A stretch of DNA of 64,000 nucleotides from an uncultured delta proteobacterium (lineage in GTDB: Bacteria > Desulfobacterota > Syntrophia > Syntrophales > UBA5619). Both the position numbers and the translations under genes were made by a program. The stretch spans positions 224,001 to 288,000 of the forward strand of contig CAWFOM010000010.1 in NCBI GenBank assembly GCA_963817385.1, in the 5' to 3' direction. Positions 40,358-50,558 of this stretch are shown in pieces. The notes beneath the pieces were generated by a model. The model searched no databases and was not told where the DNA came from. It saw only the letters and a program-made list of their open reading frames with translations. Each line of letters starts with the position of its first letter. Position 1 is the stretch's first letter.

Positions 40358-42310
40358 ATGATAGACTACGAAAAAGAACTCAATCCCGAGCAACATCAGG
40401 TGGTCATGGAAGAAGGAGGGCCCCTCCTCATCATCGCCGGGGCTGGGAGTGGAAAGACGCGGACACTGACCTACCGTGTCGCCCGTTTGGTGGAAAGAGG
40501 TGTCCCGCCGGAACGAATACTCCTCGCCACGTTTACGAATAAGGCCGCCCGGTCGATGCTCACGCGTGTGGAGTCCCTCATCGGCAGGGAGATCGGCAGT
40601 CTCTGGGGCGGCACGTTCCACCACTGCGCCCACCTTACCCTCCGGGCAAATGCGCCCCTTCTCGGTTTTGAACGAAACTTTTCCATCCTGGACAGCGAGG
40701 ATGCACGCCAGCTTATCAACACCTGCATCGCTGAGGTTGGGGTAGATGCCAAGACCGATAAATTCCCCCGTGCAGATGTGGTTGGGGAGATGATCAGTCT
40801 TGCTATCAATACGGAAACTCCCTTGCCGGATGTGATTTTCGGCCGATACCCATTCTTCGCGCACCGCGGTGAGGAGATCGCTGAAATAGCCGCACGCTAC
40901 CGGAAGCGGAAACAGTCGCTCAACGTAATGGATTTTGACGATCTTCTTTTCAACTGGCGGGAGCTTCTCCTCCATTTCCCTGACGTCCGGGAGGTCTATG
41001 CCGGACGCTTCCTCCAGATTCTCGTCGACGAGTACCAGGATACCAACAAGATCCAGGCGGAGATCATGGATCTGCTGGCATCGCTGCATCGGAACCTGAT
41101 GGTGGTAGGCGACGATTCGCAGAGTATCTACTCCTTCCGGGGGGCGAATTATGAGAACATCATGCGCTTCCCCGAACGTTATCCGGACTGCCGGATCTTC
41201 AAGCTGGAGACGAACTATCGAAGTACTCCGGAAATCCTCCACCTGGCCAACCTGAGCATCACGAACAACGAGAATCAGTTCCAAAAGACCCTGCGGGCCG
41301 TCCGGGAACAGGGAATACGTCCCGTACTCGTTCCGGCCAGAAATGTCCTGCAGCAGGCCGATTTCATCGCCCAACGAATCCTCGAACTCCACCGCAGCGG
41401 CATACCGCTCGGCGACATGGCGGTCCTCTATCGTGCTCACTTCCATTCAATGGAGGTCCAGATGGAACTGACTCGCCGGGGGATCCCCTTTGAGATCCGA
41501 TCCGGTATCCGTTTCTTTGAACAGGCGCATATCAAAGATGTAACGGCTTATCTGCGGATCATCGTCAATCCCCGCGATGAGATTGCCTGGAAACGGGTAC
41601 TGGGGCTCTATCCGAAGATAGGCAAAGCAACCGTAGAGAAAATATGGCATTATCTCTGCAGTCTCTCCGACCTCCATGCATCCGTTCATGAAGCGGATTT
41701 CTGCGGATGCGCGGTAAAAACGGCGATACCTGGGCTCAAACGGTTTCAGGAAACCTTCTGCGCACTCCATAGCACAGCAAGCACCAACCCGCAGGAACTC
41801 ATCGACGTCATCCTGAGAAACGGGTATCGCGATCTCCTCCGGGAGAGGTATACCGATGCTGCCTCCCGTGAGGAAGACCTGCTGCAACTGGCGAACTTTT
41901 CCGCCCGATTTTCCTCGATCGAGGGGTTCTTGAGTGAACTGGCGCTCCTGACCGGAATGTCAGAAAACCAAACGGAAGAGGTCACCGAGGACCGTGTCGT
42001 CCTCACCTCGATTCACCAGGCAAAAGGTCTGGAGTGGACGGCAGTTTTCATGGTTTGGTGCAGTGAAGGGATGATGCCGCTCGCCCGTGCGCTGAAAGAG
42101 CCGGGCGGAGAAGAAGAAGAGCGTCGTCTTTTTTATGTAGCCGCCACCCGTGCGAAAGACCATCTCTACTTCTGTTATCCGCTGACCGACTATGCGCGGG
42201 GCATGGGCAATCTGCCGGTCAGCCCTTCCCGGTTCATCATGGAGCTTGCGCCTTATACCGCCCGGGGCAAGGACCGTCCTTATGATCAATGGATGATTGA
42301 CGGAGAATAA
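40358..42310 (+). CDS. UvrD/Rep/PcrA-family ATP-dependent helicase
   Basis: AGAGSGKT, DEYQD, NYRS, HQAKGLE and EERRLFYVA motifs. Confidence 0.95.
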   Translation: MIDYEKELNPEQHQVVMEEGGPLLIIAGAGSGKTRTLTYRVARLVERGVPPERILLATFTNKAARSMLTRVESLIGREIGSLWGGTFHHCAHLTLRANAPLLGFERNFSILDSEDARQLINTCIAEVGVDAKTDKFPRADVVGEMISLAINTETPLPDVIFGRYPFFAHRGEEIAEIAARYRKRKQSLNVMDFDDLLFNWRELLLHFPDVREVYAGRFLQILVDEYQDTNKIQAEIMDLLASLHRNLMVVGDDSQSIYSFRGANYENIMRFPERYPDCRIFKLETNYRSTPEILHLANLSITNNENQFQKTLRAVREQGIRPVLVPARNVLQQADFIAQRILELHRSGIPLGDMAVLYRAHFHSMEVQMELTRRGIPFEIRSGIRFFEQAHIKDVTAYLRIIVNPRDEIAWKRVLGLYPKIGKATVEKIWHYLCSLSDLHASVHEADFCGCAVKTAIPGLKRFQETFCALHSTASTNPQELIDVILRNGYRDLLRERYTDAASREEDLLQLANFSARFSSIEGFLSELALLTGMSENQTEEVTEDRVVLTSIHQAKGLEWTAVFMVWCSEGMMPLARALKEPGGEEEERRLFYVAATRAKDHLYFCYPLTDYARGMGNLPVSPSRFIMELAPYTARGKDRPYDQWMIDGE

Positions 42311-42356
42311 AAAAGAGGGTTACGTCCACCACCTCCTTACGAAACAGTTCATCCCG

Positions 42357-44246
42357 CTATAGCCAACGATCCGACTTTGATTTCGCTTCGTATTCCCCCC
42401 GGAGGGCTATCTGTGTCGCTTCGGCTATATCCTCCGCCCGCTTGACCCAGTCTTCGAATTTGATGTCTACGCCAAAGATGCCGACCATCTCATCCCGCTC
42501 ATCCACGATTGGAGCGGAAACGGTGATGCAAAGCGCGCCAGTCATTTTGGATATATAGAATTCAGTCACATGGATCTTCCCGGATTGGAGGGGTTTGATA
42601 AACCACTCGCGGTCCGACTGGTCGGTTCCGATGCCGTAGTTCTCATACTTCGCCCGGTCGGCAATATTGGTGATGTTCCGGGTCGTTTTCCGACCATTCA
42701 TGTCCACGACATAGGCGAACTGTATGGAGGGGTTTTCCTCGATGAACTGCTGCATCACTGGTTCCTGAAGCTCCGGTTTCATCGTTTTCATATTCGCGTG
42801 TTCGATAACCTTTTTCACGACGGAGACCGCCGCCTGCGCGGCCATGAACTTGATCTTCTCCAGATCGGACATGAATAGTTCCGGGAGATACTTTCTCACT
42901 CTCTTTTCCAACTCCTCATTCGAAATGCCCGTCATCCGGCCTCCTTCATACTGCTCGGTGACCCACTTATGAATCTTGGAGACGCCGGGATGCCGCTTGT
43001 CGACCGCATTTTCCCCCGAGAGGCCGAGATGGGCATTGATCCAGAAAGCGATCCCCGATTTGCCCGATTTGTCGGTGATCATCGGGATGATCGGTCTTTT
43101 CAGAATTTTTGTCGTGTTGAAGATATTGTAGATCTCCTCACACTTGATCAGGCCATCTACATGGACACCGGCTCTGGTTATGTTGAAATCTGCTCCCACA
43201 AATGGAAAGTTCGGAGGAATCCGGATACCGATCTCCTTCTCAAAATAATGGGCGATATCGGTAATCACGGTTGTATCGATCCCGTTCGTATTGCCCCGAA
43301 GGCTGATATACTCGATAATCAGCGCCTCCAGTGGAGGATTGCCGGTCCGCTCACCCAGGCCGAGGAGTGTCGTATTGGCGGCGCTGCAGCCATAGAGCCA
43401 GGCGGTGGTGGCGTTGATCATGGCCTTGTGAAAATCGTTATGGCCATGCCATTCCAATAGATGACCAGGGACCTCCGCATCTTCGATGAAGGCCCGGACG
43501 AGCTTGTCTACGCTCCTGGGGAGGGCTGCTCCGGGGTATGTCACCCCGTATCCCATGGTGTCACAGAGCCGTATCTTGATGTCGATCCCGCTTTCCGCCC
43601 TGAGCTTCATCAGCTCGATCGCAAAGGGAATGCAGAAACCGTATACATCGGCCCGGGTGACATCCTCGAAATGACAGCGGGGAATGATCCCCGCATCAAG
43701 GATTGAACGGACGATGTTAAGGTAATCATCCATTGCTTGTCGCCGGCTCTTGTTCAGCTTGAGAAAGATGTGATAGTCGGAGACTGAAGTGAGGATTCCG
43801 GTTTCTTTGATACCCGACTGTTTAACCAGAGGGACATCTTCCGCGCTGGCCCTGATCCAGCCGGATATTTCCGGATATCGCAATCCGAGGCTCTGACACT
43901 GCTCCACGGCCTCCCGATCCTTTGGACTGTAGAGAAAAAATTCCGATTGGCGGATCACCCCGTTCGGTCCGCCCAGATGACTCATCATGGTATAGAGATC
44001 CACTATCTGTTGAACGGTATAAGGGGGGCGAGCCTGCTGTCCATCCCGAAATGTCGTATCGGTAATAAAAATGTCTTCCGCGGGATTGATCGACATGACC
44101 TTGTGGTCGAAGTCGATTTTGCAGACCTCATCATAGGGAAAGATATCCTTCTGAAGATTCGGATCGTGAACATCTTTGAGATCAAACTTCCAGAATTGTG
44201 TATGCTCGTGATCCAGCACTTTCTTGTCCTTGTTCCATCGTGCCAT
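42357..44246 (-). CDS. Re-citrate synthase-like DRE-TIM metallolyase with C-terminal Cache-like domain
   Basis: DTTFRDGQQ, HGHNDF and GERTGN motifs. C-terminal DREWF..FYISKMTG..ITVSAPI..GIFGVDI. Resembles the Syntrophus Re-citrate synthase as recalled. Confidence 0.85.
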   Translation of the reverse strand: MARWNKDKKVLDHEHTQFWKFDLKDVHDPNLQKDIFPYDEVCKIDFDHKVMSINPAEDIFITDTTFRDGQQARPPYTVQQIVDLYTMMSHLGGPNGVIRQSEFFLYSPKDREAVEQCQSLGLRYPEISGWIRASAEDVPLVKQSGIKETGILTSVSDYHIFLKLNKSRRQAMDDYLNIVRSILDAGIIPRCHFEDVTRADVYGFCIPFAIELMKLRAESGIDIKIRLCDTMGYGVTYPGAALPRSVDKLVRAFIEDAEVPGHLLEWHGHNDFHKAMINATTAWLYGCSAANTTLLGLGERTGNPPLEALIIEYISLRGNTNGIDTTVITDIAHYFEKEIGIRIPPNFPFVGADFNITRAGVHVDGLIKCEEIYNIFNTTKILKRPIIPMITDKSGKSGIAFWINAHLGLSGENAVDKRHPGVSKIHKWVTEQYEGGRMTGISNEELEKRVRKYLPELFMSDLEKIKFMAAQAAVSVVKKVIEHANMKTMKPELQEPVMQQFIEENPSIQFAYVVDMNGRKTTRNITNIADRAKYENYGIGTDQSDREWFIKPLQSGKIHVTEFYISKMTGALCITVSAPIVDERDEMVGIFGVDIKFEDWVKRAEDIAEATQIALRGEYEAKSKSDRWL

Positions 44247-44294
44247 ATTTTTTAACCCCCTCGCTATGGAATAAAAACCTACACCTTCGGAAAT

Positions 44295-44325
44295 AAAAAA
44301 GGGGCACCTGGAATAGCCGTGCCCC
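44295..44325 (-). terminator. Intrinsic terminator inside the 5' leader of Re-citrate synthase
   Basis: Minus strand GGGGCAC..GTGCCCC followed by TTTTTT, about 50 nt before the ATG. Confidence 0.75.
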
Positions 44326-44529
44326 CGCTGCCCGTGACACCGGATGGTCTCACCCGGATGTCAAAACGCTGCGCGACGGCGGCGTGCCGCGCGCAGCGGC
44401 ACATCCAGGCTGCCTGTTCTGGCGGGCTTCTACAGCAAATTGAAATGATTTGAAGCAGCGGTTTATTCGCATTAACATTCTCATACCAAATCCGTGATTT
44501 CCACGATAACGAACGCTACCTTATTAAGA

Positions 44530-44558
44530 AGAATAGGCAGATCAATGGACTTTGTCAA
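44530..44558 (-). promoter_or_regulatory. Sigma70-type promoter for the Re-citrate synthase leader
   Basis: Minus strand TTGACA-17 nt-TATTCT. Confidence 0.6.
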
Positions 44559-44565
44559 TAAAAAA

Positions 44566-46344
44566 TTAGGTTACGATCTTCAGGGAAAGTTCCATAAGCT
44601 GCTCCAGACTGACATGCGACGGGGCGTCCGTGAGCATGCAGGTGGCCTTCTGTGTCTTAGGAAAAGCGATCACATCCCGGATCGACTCTGCCCCCGTCAT
44701 CAGCATGATCAGACGGTCAAGACCAAAGGCGATCCCCCCATGGGGCGGGGTCCCGTATTCCAGGGCATCGAGGAGAAAGCCGAATTTGCCCCGCGCCTCT
44801 TCATCGCTGAGACCAAGGGCCTTGAAGATCATGGCCTGAACCTCCTGCCGGTGGATCCGTATGCTGCCGCCTCCGATCTCTGAACCGTTCAGGACGAGGT
44901 CATAGGCGCGCGCATGGACCTTTCCGGGATCTGTTTCAATAAGAGGAATATCCTCAAGGCGAGGCGATGTGAAGGGGTGATGAGTGGAAACAAACCGCTT
45001 CTCCGTTTCGCTGTAGTCGAAAAGGGGAAATTCGGTCACCCAGGTAAAGGCCATCACCCGGGGATCGATGAGGTTGAGTTTTTTTGCCAGGTGGATCCGA
45101 AGGTTGCCTAATGAATCGCGGGCCACCGTCGGCGAATCGGCCACAAAAAGGATGACGTCGCCCTCACGGGTCGCCATGGTTCTATTGATGCCGCCGACCT
45201 CTTCCGGCGAGAGAAACTTGAAAATCGGAGATGTCCAGCCATCCTCATTGACCCGTGCCCAGGCCAGCCCCTTCGCCCCGTACTGGGCAACGAAATCCTT
45301 GAGCTCATCCAGATCTTTCCGGGAAAGACTGCTCCCGTTTTCGACCCGGATAGCTTTGATAACCCCCCCGCCGGCGGCAATGTCCGCGAAGAGCTTGAAT
45401 CCCGAGCTTCTCAGGATATCTGTCAGATCGCGAATTTCCAGACCGAAACGCATGTCGGGATTGTCCTTTCCGAAACGGTTTATCGCGTCCTGATAGGAAA
45501 TCCTGGGGAAGGGAAGGGTCAATTCACGATTGAGACAGGTCAGGAAGAGGTGAGCCATCATCCTCTCCATGATCAGGATGATGTCCTCTTCGGTAATGAA
45601 AGACATCTCAATGTCTATCTGCGTGAATTCCGGCTGGCGGTCGGCACGGAGATCCTCATCACGGAAGCACTTGACGATCTGAAAGTAACGGTCAAAACCG
45701 GAAACCATCAGGAGCTGTTTGAAGATCTGTGGAGATTGGGGCAGGGCATAGAACATCCCTTGGTTGACCCGGCTGGGAACCAGATAATCCCGGGCGCCCT
45801 CCGGCGTGCTTTTCGTGAGAAAAGGGGTCTCGATCTCGACAAAGCCTTCCCGGTGAAGGTATTCGCGAGTCGCCGCAGCGACCCTGCTTCTCAAGATGAG
45901 ATTTTTCTGAATCTCGGGGCGTCGGAGATCAATGTAGCGGTATTTGAGACGGACGTTTTCGGAAATCTCCGCAGTTCCATCAAGGACAAAGGGAGGCGTC
46001 TTCGCCTCATTGAGAATCTCAAGATCATTCGCCATCACTTCGATCTCGCCGGTCCGCAAATCGGGATTCTCCATGCCCTCCGGTCGCCGACGCACAATGC
46101 CTTTTACGGCCAGGACATATTCGGCCCGGATCTTTCCCGCCTCATTATGGCAACTCGCGCAGATTTCCGGATTAAAGACGACTTGTACGAGACCTTCCCG
46201 GTCCCTGAGGTCGATAAAAATCACCCCGCCGTGATCCCGTCGCCGATGGGACCAGCCCATCAGGATTACTTCCTCACCGGCATGGGTCGCATTCAGGTCA
46301 CCGCAGTAATGGGTTCTTTTTCGGATCGTCAAAAAGTCAGACAA
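44566..46344 (-). CDS. aspS: Aspartyl-tRNA synthetase
   Basis: [40 protein letters not shown] and PPHGGIAFG motifs. Confidence 0.97.
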   Translation of the reverse strand: MSDFLTIRKRTHYCGDLNATHAGEEVILMGWSHRRRDHGGVIFIDLRDREGLVQVVFNPEICASCHNEAGKIRAEYVLAVKGIVRRRPEGMENPDLRTGEIEVMANDLEILNEAKTPPFVLDGTAEISENVRLKYRYIDLRRPEIQKNLILRSRVAAATREYLHREGFVEIETPFLTKSTPEGARDYLVPSRVNQGMFYALPQSPQIFKQLLMVSGFDRYFQIVKCFRDEDLRADRQPEFTQIDIEMSFITEEDIILIMERMMAHLFLTCLNRELTLPFPRISYQDAINRFGKDNPDMRFGLEIRDLTDILRSSGFKLFADIAAGGGVIKAIRVENGSSLSRKDLDELKDFVAQYGAKGLAWARVNEDGWTSPIFKFLSPEEVGGINRTMATREGDVILFVADSPTVARDSLGNLRIHLAKKLNLIDPRVMAFTWVTEFPLFDYSETEKRFVSTHHPFTSPRLEDIPLIETDPGKVHARAYDLVLNGSEIGGGSIRIHRQEVQAMIFKALGLSDEEARGKFGFLLDALEYGTPPHGGIAFGLDRLIMLMTGAESIRDVIAFPKTQKATCMLTDAPSHVSLEQLMELSLKIVT

Positions 46345-46364
46345 AATTTCTTACCTCGCTCTGT

Positions 46365-47609
46365 TCATGATGGTTTTTCCAGTTTGTCCAGGGCAACATC
46401 TTCCTGCGTGCTGGCCCTCATGTCCCTGAGAAGAGCCCGGTTCTCATCGATCTCCCGATCTCCAAGAATCAGGGTAAAGGCGCTGTTAAGCTTATTCGCC
46501 CTCTTCATCTGACTCTTAAGACTCCTGCCGCCATAGTCCATCTCCACTCGAATTCCCTTCATCCGCAGGCGGTTGCAGAGGGAAAATGCCTTTTCTAAAG
46601 CCCGTTCGCCAAGGGGAGCGATGAAGAGGAGCGGGCTGGACGGAGTGCCTGTCTCCCCTTCCGGAATAAGGGATGCCAGGCGTTCAAAGCCGATGGCAAA
46701 GCCGATCCCGGAAATATCCGGTCCGCCGAGCTCCTGAACGAGATGATCGTACCGGCCGCCGCCAAGGATGGCGTTTTGCGCACCGAGAAATTCCGTCGTG
46801 ACTTCAAACGTCGTCCTTGTATAATAATCGAGGCCCCGGACCATTTTCGCGTTGACTTTGCAAGGAATCTGAAAGAGGCCGAGGATTGACTGGACTTTTT
46901 CAAAATGCTCCCTGCAGGCAAGGCAGAGGAAGTCTGCCATGTTCGGTGCCAGGGATACGAGCTCGCCGCATTGTTCCACCTTGCAGTCAAAGACCCGAAG
47001 CGGGTTGGTTCCGATCCGCCGTCGGCAGTCCGCGCAGAGTCTTTCCTCACTCCCGCGGAGAAAGGCAACGATGGCATCCCGGAAAGCAGGACGGCACTGG
47101 GGGCAGCCAAGCGAGTTGATCTCGATATTCAGGTTCTTGAGTCCGAGGCGGCGGAGAAAATAGGTCAGCATCAGGATGAGTTCGGCATCGGTGTGCGGAT
47201 CATCCGGTCCGAGGACCTCGACGTCGATCTGATTGAATTGCCGATAGCGCCCTTTTTGGGGCCTCTCCCTCCGGAACATTGGACCGATGGTGAAGAGCTT
47301 GGTCACTGGTTCGGCGGCATGAAGAGAGTGCTCGAGATATGCCCGGATAACGGATGCGGTTGCCTCCGGCCGAAGCGTTAGGGATTCCTCACCCCGATCG
47401 AGGAAGGTATACATCTCCTTCTCAACGATATCGGTGGATTCACCTATCCCGCGACGGAAGAGCTCAGTCTTTTCCAAAAGGGGGAGGCGGATTTCATTGA
47501 ACCCGAAGGTACGAAACACTTCATGGGCCGTATCTTCGATATGCCGCCATTTATCTGTTTCCGGAGGGAGGATATCCTTGAACCCCCTGACGGCAGTAAT
47601 GATTTCCAT
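46365..47609 (-). CDS. hisS: Histidyl-tRNA synthetase
   Basis: LRPEAT, FRRERPQKGRYRQF, VRGLDYY and GGGRYD motifs. Confidence 0.97.
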   Translation of the reverse strand: MEIITAVRGFKDILPPETDKWRHIEDTAHEVFRTFGFNEIRLPLLEKTELFRRGIGESTDIVEKEMYTFLDRGEESLTLRPEATASVIRAYLEHSLHAAEPVTKLFTIGPMFRRERPQKGRYRQFNQIDVEVLGPDDPHTDAELILMLTYFLRRLGLKNLNIEINSLGCPQCRPAFRDAIVAFLRGSEERLCADCRRRIGTNPLRVFDCKVEQCGELVSLAPNMADFLCLACREHFEKVQSILGLFQIPCKVNAKMVRGLDYYTRTTFEVTTEFLGAQNAILGGGRYDHLVQELGGPDISGIGFAIGFERLASLIPEGETGTPSSPLLFIAPLGERALEKAFSLCNRLRMKGIRVEMDYGGRSLKSQMKRANKLNSAFTLILGDREIDENRALLRDMRASTQEDVALDKLEKPS

Positions 47610-47707
47610 CGATCAGAACCTCTCTATACCTTTTCAATTAAGGGGTGATTCGATAGCATATTGAGTAGATAAACGCAATAGAAATGATAGGCAGTGCCAT
47701 ATCGTGG

Positions 47708-50302
47708 TCAGGGGATACCGGATCGAAAAACGGTGGTCTTGAGGTCGTTTCCATCCGTCATGACGGTTACGGCTCCATCCCGATCTGTACGACAGACACG
47801 GGATTGCATCAGTTCAAACCTCCTGATGACGTCTGGATGGGGAACACGAAAGACGTTTTTCAAACCGCAACTGATAACGGCCACTTGAGGTTTGACCCTT
47901 TCGATAAAGGGCATCGTGCTGGAACGGACGCTGCCGTGGTGGGGTACAAAGAGTACATCACTTTGCAGATCGGTCTCGGACTGGGAAAGCCGCCATTCCG
48001 AGGCTTCTGAAATATCGCTTGGAAGGAGAAAACTCCTCCTGCCAAAGGAGAGTTTTATGACGAGAGAACGGTTGTTGATTTCATCCAAATCGGGTGACAT
48101 CTTTCTGATCGTATTTGGCCGTGGGGAATACTCCTGACTCTCCGTTGCTTCGTAATCTGCCTGGATCGGAGAAAGTGCTGCCGCATACGGGGGGATAACG
48201 GAATTCGACGGAGGATTCAGGATGCGAATGGTAACTCCGGATGTTTCGATATGAGGAGTCATATCCGAAAGGTTCTTCAGGGTAATCCCCCGGTTCCGGA
48301 TGATACGACGGAACGATAGATAGAGTGGCGAATCAATCACCTGGCCATTAGTCCATACCTCGTGTACGTGAAAATTTTCCAAGATGAACAGCAGACCCTG
48401 GAGATGATCCGGGTGAGGATGCGTCAGGGCGACAGTATCTATCCGGTCGATCCTTTCATGCCAGAGGAAGGGGGCCATGACAAGTTTTCCGACATCAAAG
48501 GTTTCGTCAAAAAAGCCGCCACCGTCTACGAGCATTCTCTTTCCTCCAGGGAAACGTATCAGGATAGCGCTTCCCTGGCCCACATCAACCGCCGTCAAGG
48601 AAAGTATTCCGTGCTGAAGGCCTCGGAAATGGAGCTGGATACCGTTGAGAATAAAAAAAAGGATCAGGAAAATTGGGGTGATTTTCCAGCATAGTAACTT
48701 TTTTTGTGGCGGTACATCTCCCCGACCGATCCATTGATCCAGCCAGTAACCCGCTGAGCCGAGAAGAAGATAGAAGGCCCCGATTTCAAGAAGCGTGGGG
48801 GTCGTGACGTAGACAGATGACCAAGGTAGTGCCGCGAACCAATCGACAAGTGAAAGGGATATTCGGACGAATTGTGCCGAGATCCGGATGATGATATCGG
48901 CCAATAACGCGGAGATAGGTACAGCAAGGACGATGAACAAGCAAAACGGAATGGCAATGATGCCAAGAATGGGCACTATGATGAAGTTTGCGGCGAGGGT
49001 GACAAGTGAGAATAGGTTGAAATAGAGGAGTATCAGAGGCAGAGTACCGAGTGTGGCGCTGAGGGAAGCAAAGAAAAAGATTATGACGGCACGCAGAGCC
49101 CATTTAAAATGCCGCACAAGCCCTTTCCTCTCTGTCAGGGTGGGAGTGCCTGACGACGGAGGAGGAGGTAAAAGGGCTGTCAATTTTGGTGTTAGAAAGA
49201 GGAGTGACACAACCGCCATAAAGGAAAGTTGAAAGGAGACATCGAAAAGAGAATAGGGTGTGATGATTAGGATGCAAAAAGCCGCCAAGGCAAGCGTGTT
49301 GTACAGATCCCGCTCCCTATTGATAAGGATGGCGAGCATAAAAAGCACGACCATGATGGATGCCCTGATGACGGATATGCCCAATCCGGCGATGAACGTG
49401 TAGAGGGTGATGATGAGAATCGCGAATAGTGTGGAAATCCCGGTTATGTTCCACTTTAGCAGGAGATATTCAGAGTATTTCAGGAACAGGCGAATCACAA
49501 ACAGCGAAAAGAACGCCACGATACCGATATTGAACCCGGAAATGGCAATGATATGGGTAGTACCCGTCCGGTTGAATTTCTCCATGACCTCCTTCGGAAT
49601 CTCCTTTTGATCACCGAGAATCATCGCCTGGATGATGGCGCCTTCTATCCCGGATGCCGAATTCAGGATGGTTTTCCGGATGAGATCACGGAACCGCTCA
49701 AGACGGCTCCGAAGAGGATTGCCCATGTCTCTGCGCAGGATAACAATTCCTCTGCTGTCATTGATGAACCCCCGCACCATTATGCCACGGAAACGAAGAT
49801 ACCGCTCATAATCAAAACCTCCGGGATTATGGAAATTATGAGGAAGCCTGAGCTTGGACTGGAAACGGATGACATCACCGTATCGAAAAGGATAGGGTTC
49901 ACGGATGGTGAGGAGGAGACGCCCCGAGATCGATAGGTACTGACCGTTGGCAAGAATCCGGGAGGCAGAGACAATCAGTTCAGTTTTTTCCGGCGATACT
50001 TGCGGGCTATCGCAGACAACACCTTCCACCGTGATCTTTTCATCACCGGGAACGTTGGTGATATGCTCGTTTCCAATATGAGGATAGAGGGATAGGTTCA
50101 TCTCCAGGATGCCCAGGGCAAAGAGTGAAAAAAGGAGGGCGAAACGGTGAAGGCGCTCCCATTTTTTGAACAAACCCAGAAGGACAAGGAGCAATGCAGC
50201 GATCAGGCATACCTGAACAGGAAAATCGGGGATCGGGAAGAGGCTGCTGCAGGAGATCCCCAATACGAGCGCTGTCAGAAGAGGGATGATCGGCCTTGTC
50301 AT
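47708..50302 (-). CDS. comEC: DNA internalization competence protein ComEC/Rec2
   Basis: HIIAISG, SFQLSF, DVGQG, THPHPDH and HHGS motifs. Confidence 0.93.
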   Translation of the reverse strand: MTRPIIPLLTALVLGISCSSLFPIPDFPVQVCLIAALLLVLLGLFKKWERLHRFALLFSLFALGILEMNLSLYPHIGNEHITNVPGDEKITVEGVVCDSPQVSPEKTELIVSASRILANGQYLSISGRLLLTIREPYPFRYGDVIRFQSKLRLPHNFHNPGGFDYERYLRFRGIMVRGFINDSRGIVILRRDMGNPLRSRLERFRDLIRKTILNSASGIEGAIIQAMILGDQKEIPKEVMEKFNRTGTTHIIAISGFNIGIVAFFSLFVIRLFLKYSEYLLLKWNITGISTLFAILIITLYTFIAGLGISVIRASIMVVLFMLAILINRERDLYNTLALAAFCILIITPYSLFDVSFQLSFMAVVSLLFLTPKLTALLPPPPSSGTPTLTERKGLVRHFKWALRAVIIFFFASLSATLGTLPLILLYFNLFSLVTLAANFIIVPILGIIAIPFCLFIVLAVPISALLADIIIRISAQFVRISLSLVDWFAALPWSSVYVTTPTLLEIGAFYLLLGSAGYWLDQWIGRGDVPPQKKLLCWKITPIFLILFFILNGIQLHFRGLQHGILSLTAVDVGQGSAILIRFPGGKRMLVDGGGFFDETFDVGKLVMAPFLWHERIDRIDTVALTHPHPDHLQGLLFILENFHVHEVWTNGQVIDSPLYLSFRRIIRNRGITLKNLSDMTPHIETSGVTIRILNPPSNSVIPPYAAALSPIQADYEATESQEYSPRPNTIRKMSPDLDEINNRSLVIKLSFGRRSFLLPSDISEASEWRLSQSETDLQSDVLFVPHHGSVRSSTMPFIERVKPQVAVISCGLKNVFRVPHPDVIRRFELMQSRVCRTDRDGAVTVMTDGNDLKTTVFRSGIP

Positions 50303-50558
50303 TGTAGAACCGCCGTTCTCAATATCAGTCAGTTATAACAATATGACTTTTTAGCCCGCATGACAATTTTATAGAAAGAAACAGCATGCATGTCAATATA
50401 AACTCAATTTTGGTTAGATCTAGTGTAGTAAATGATTTCGAAAACTCATGATCCATCATTGGGAACATCAATGGTGTTGACTTTTTTGAGGGGTGAAAGT
50501 AACTTGCAAGTTAGATACGGCAGGAATAACTCCCGAAGCCGGACCAATATAAGTCAGG

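Noticed and set aside
46350..46385. Unusual hisS C-terminus
   Set aside because: One extra base in the A-run would give LEKTIMNRAR ending next to aspS. A trivial indel, possibly a sequencing error.
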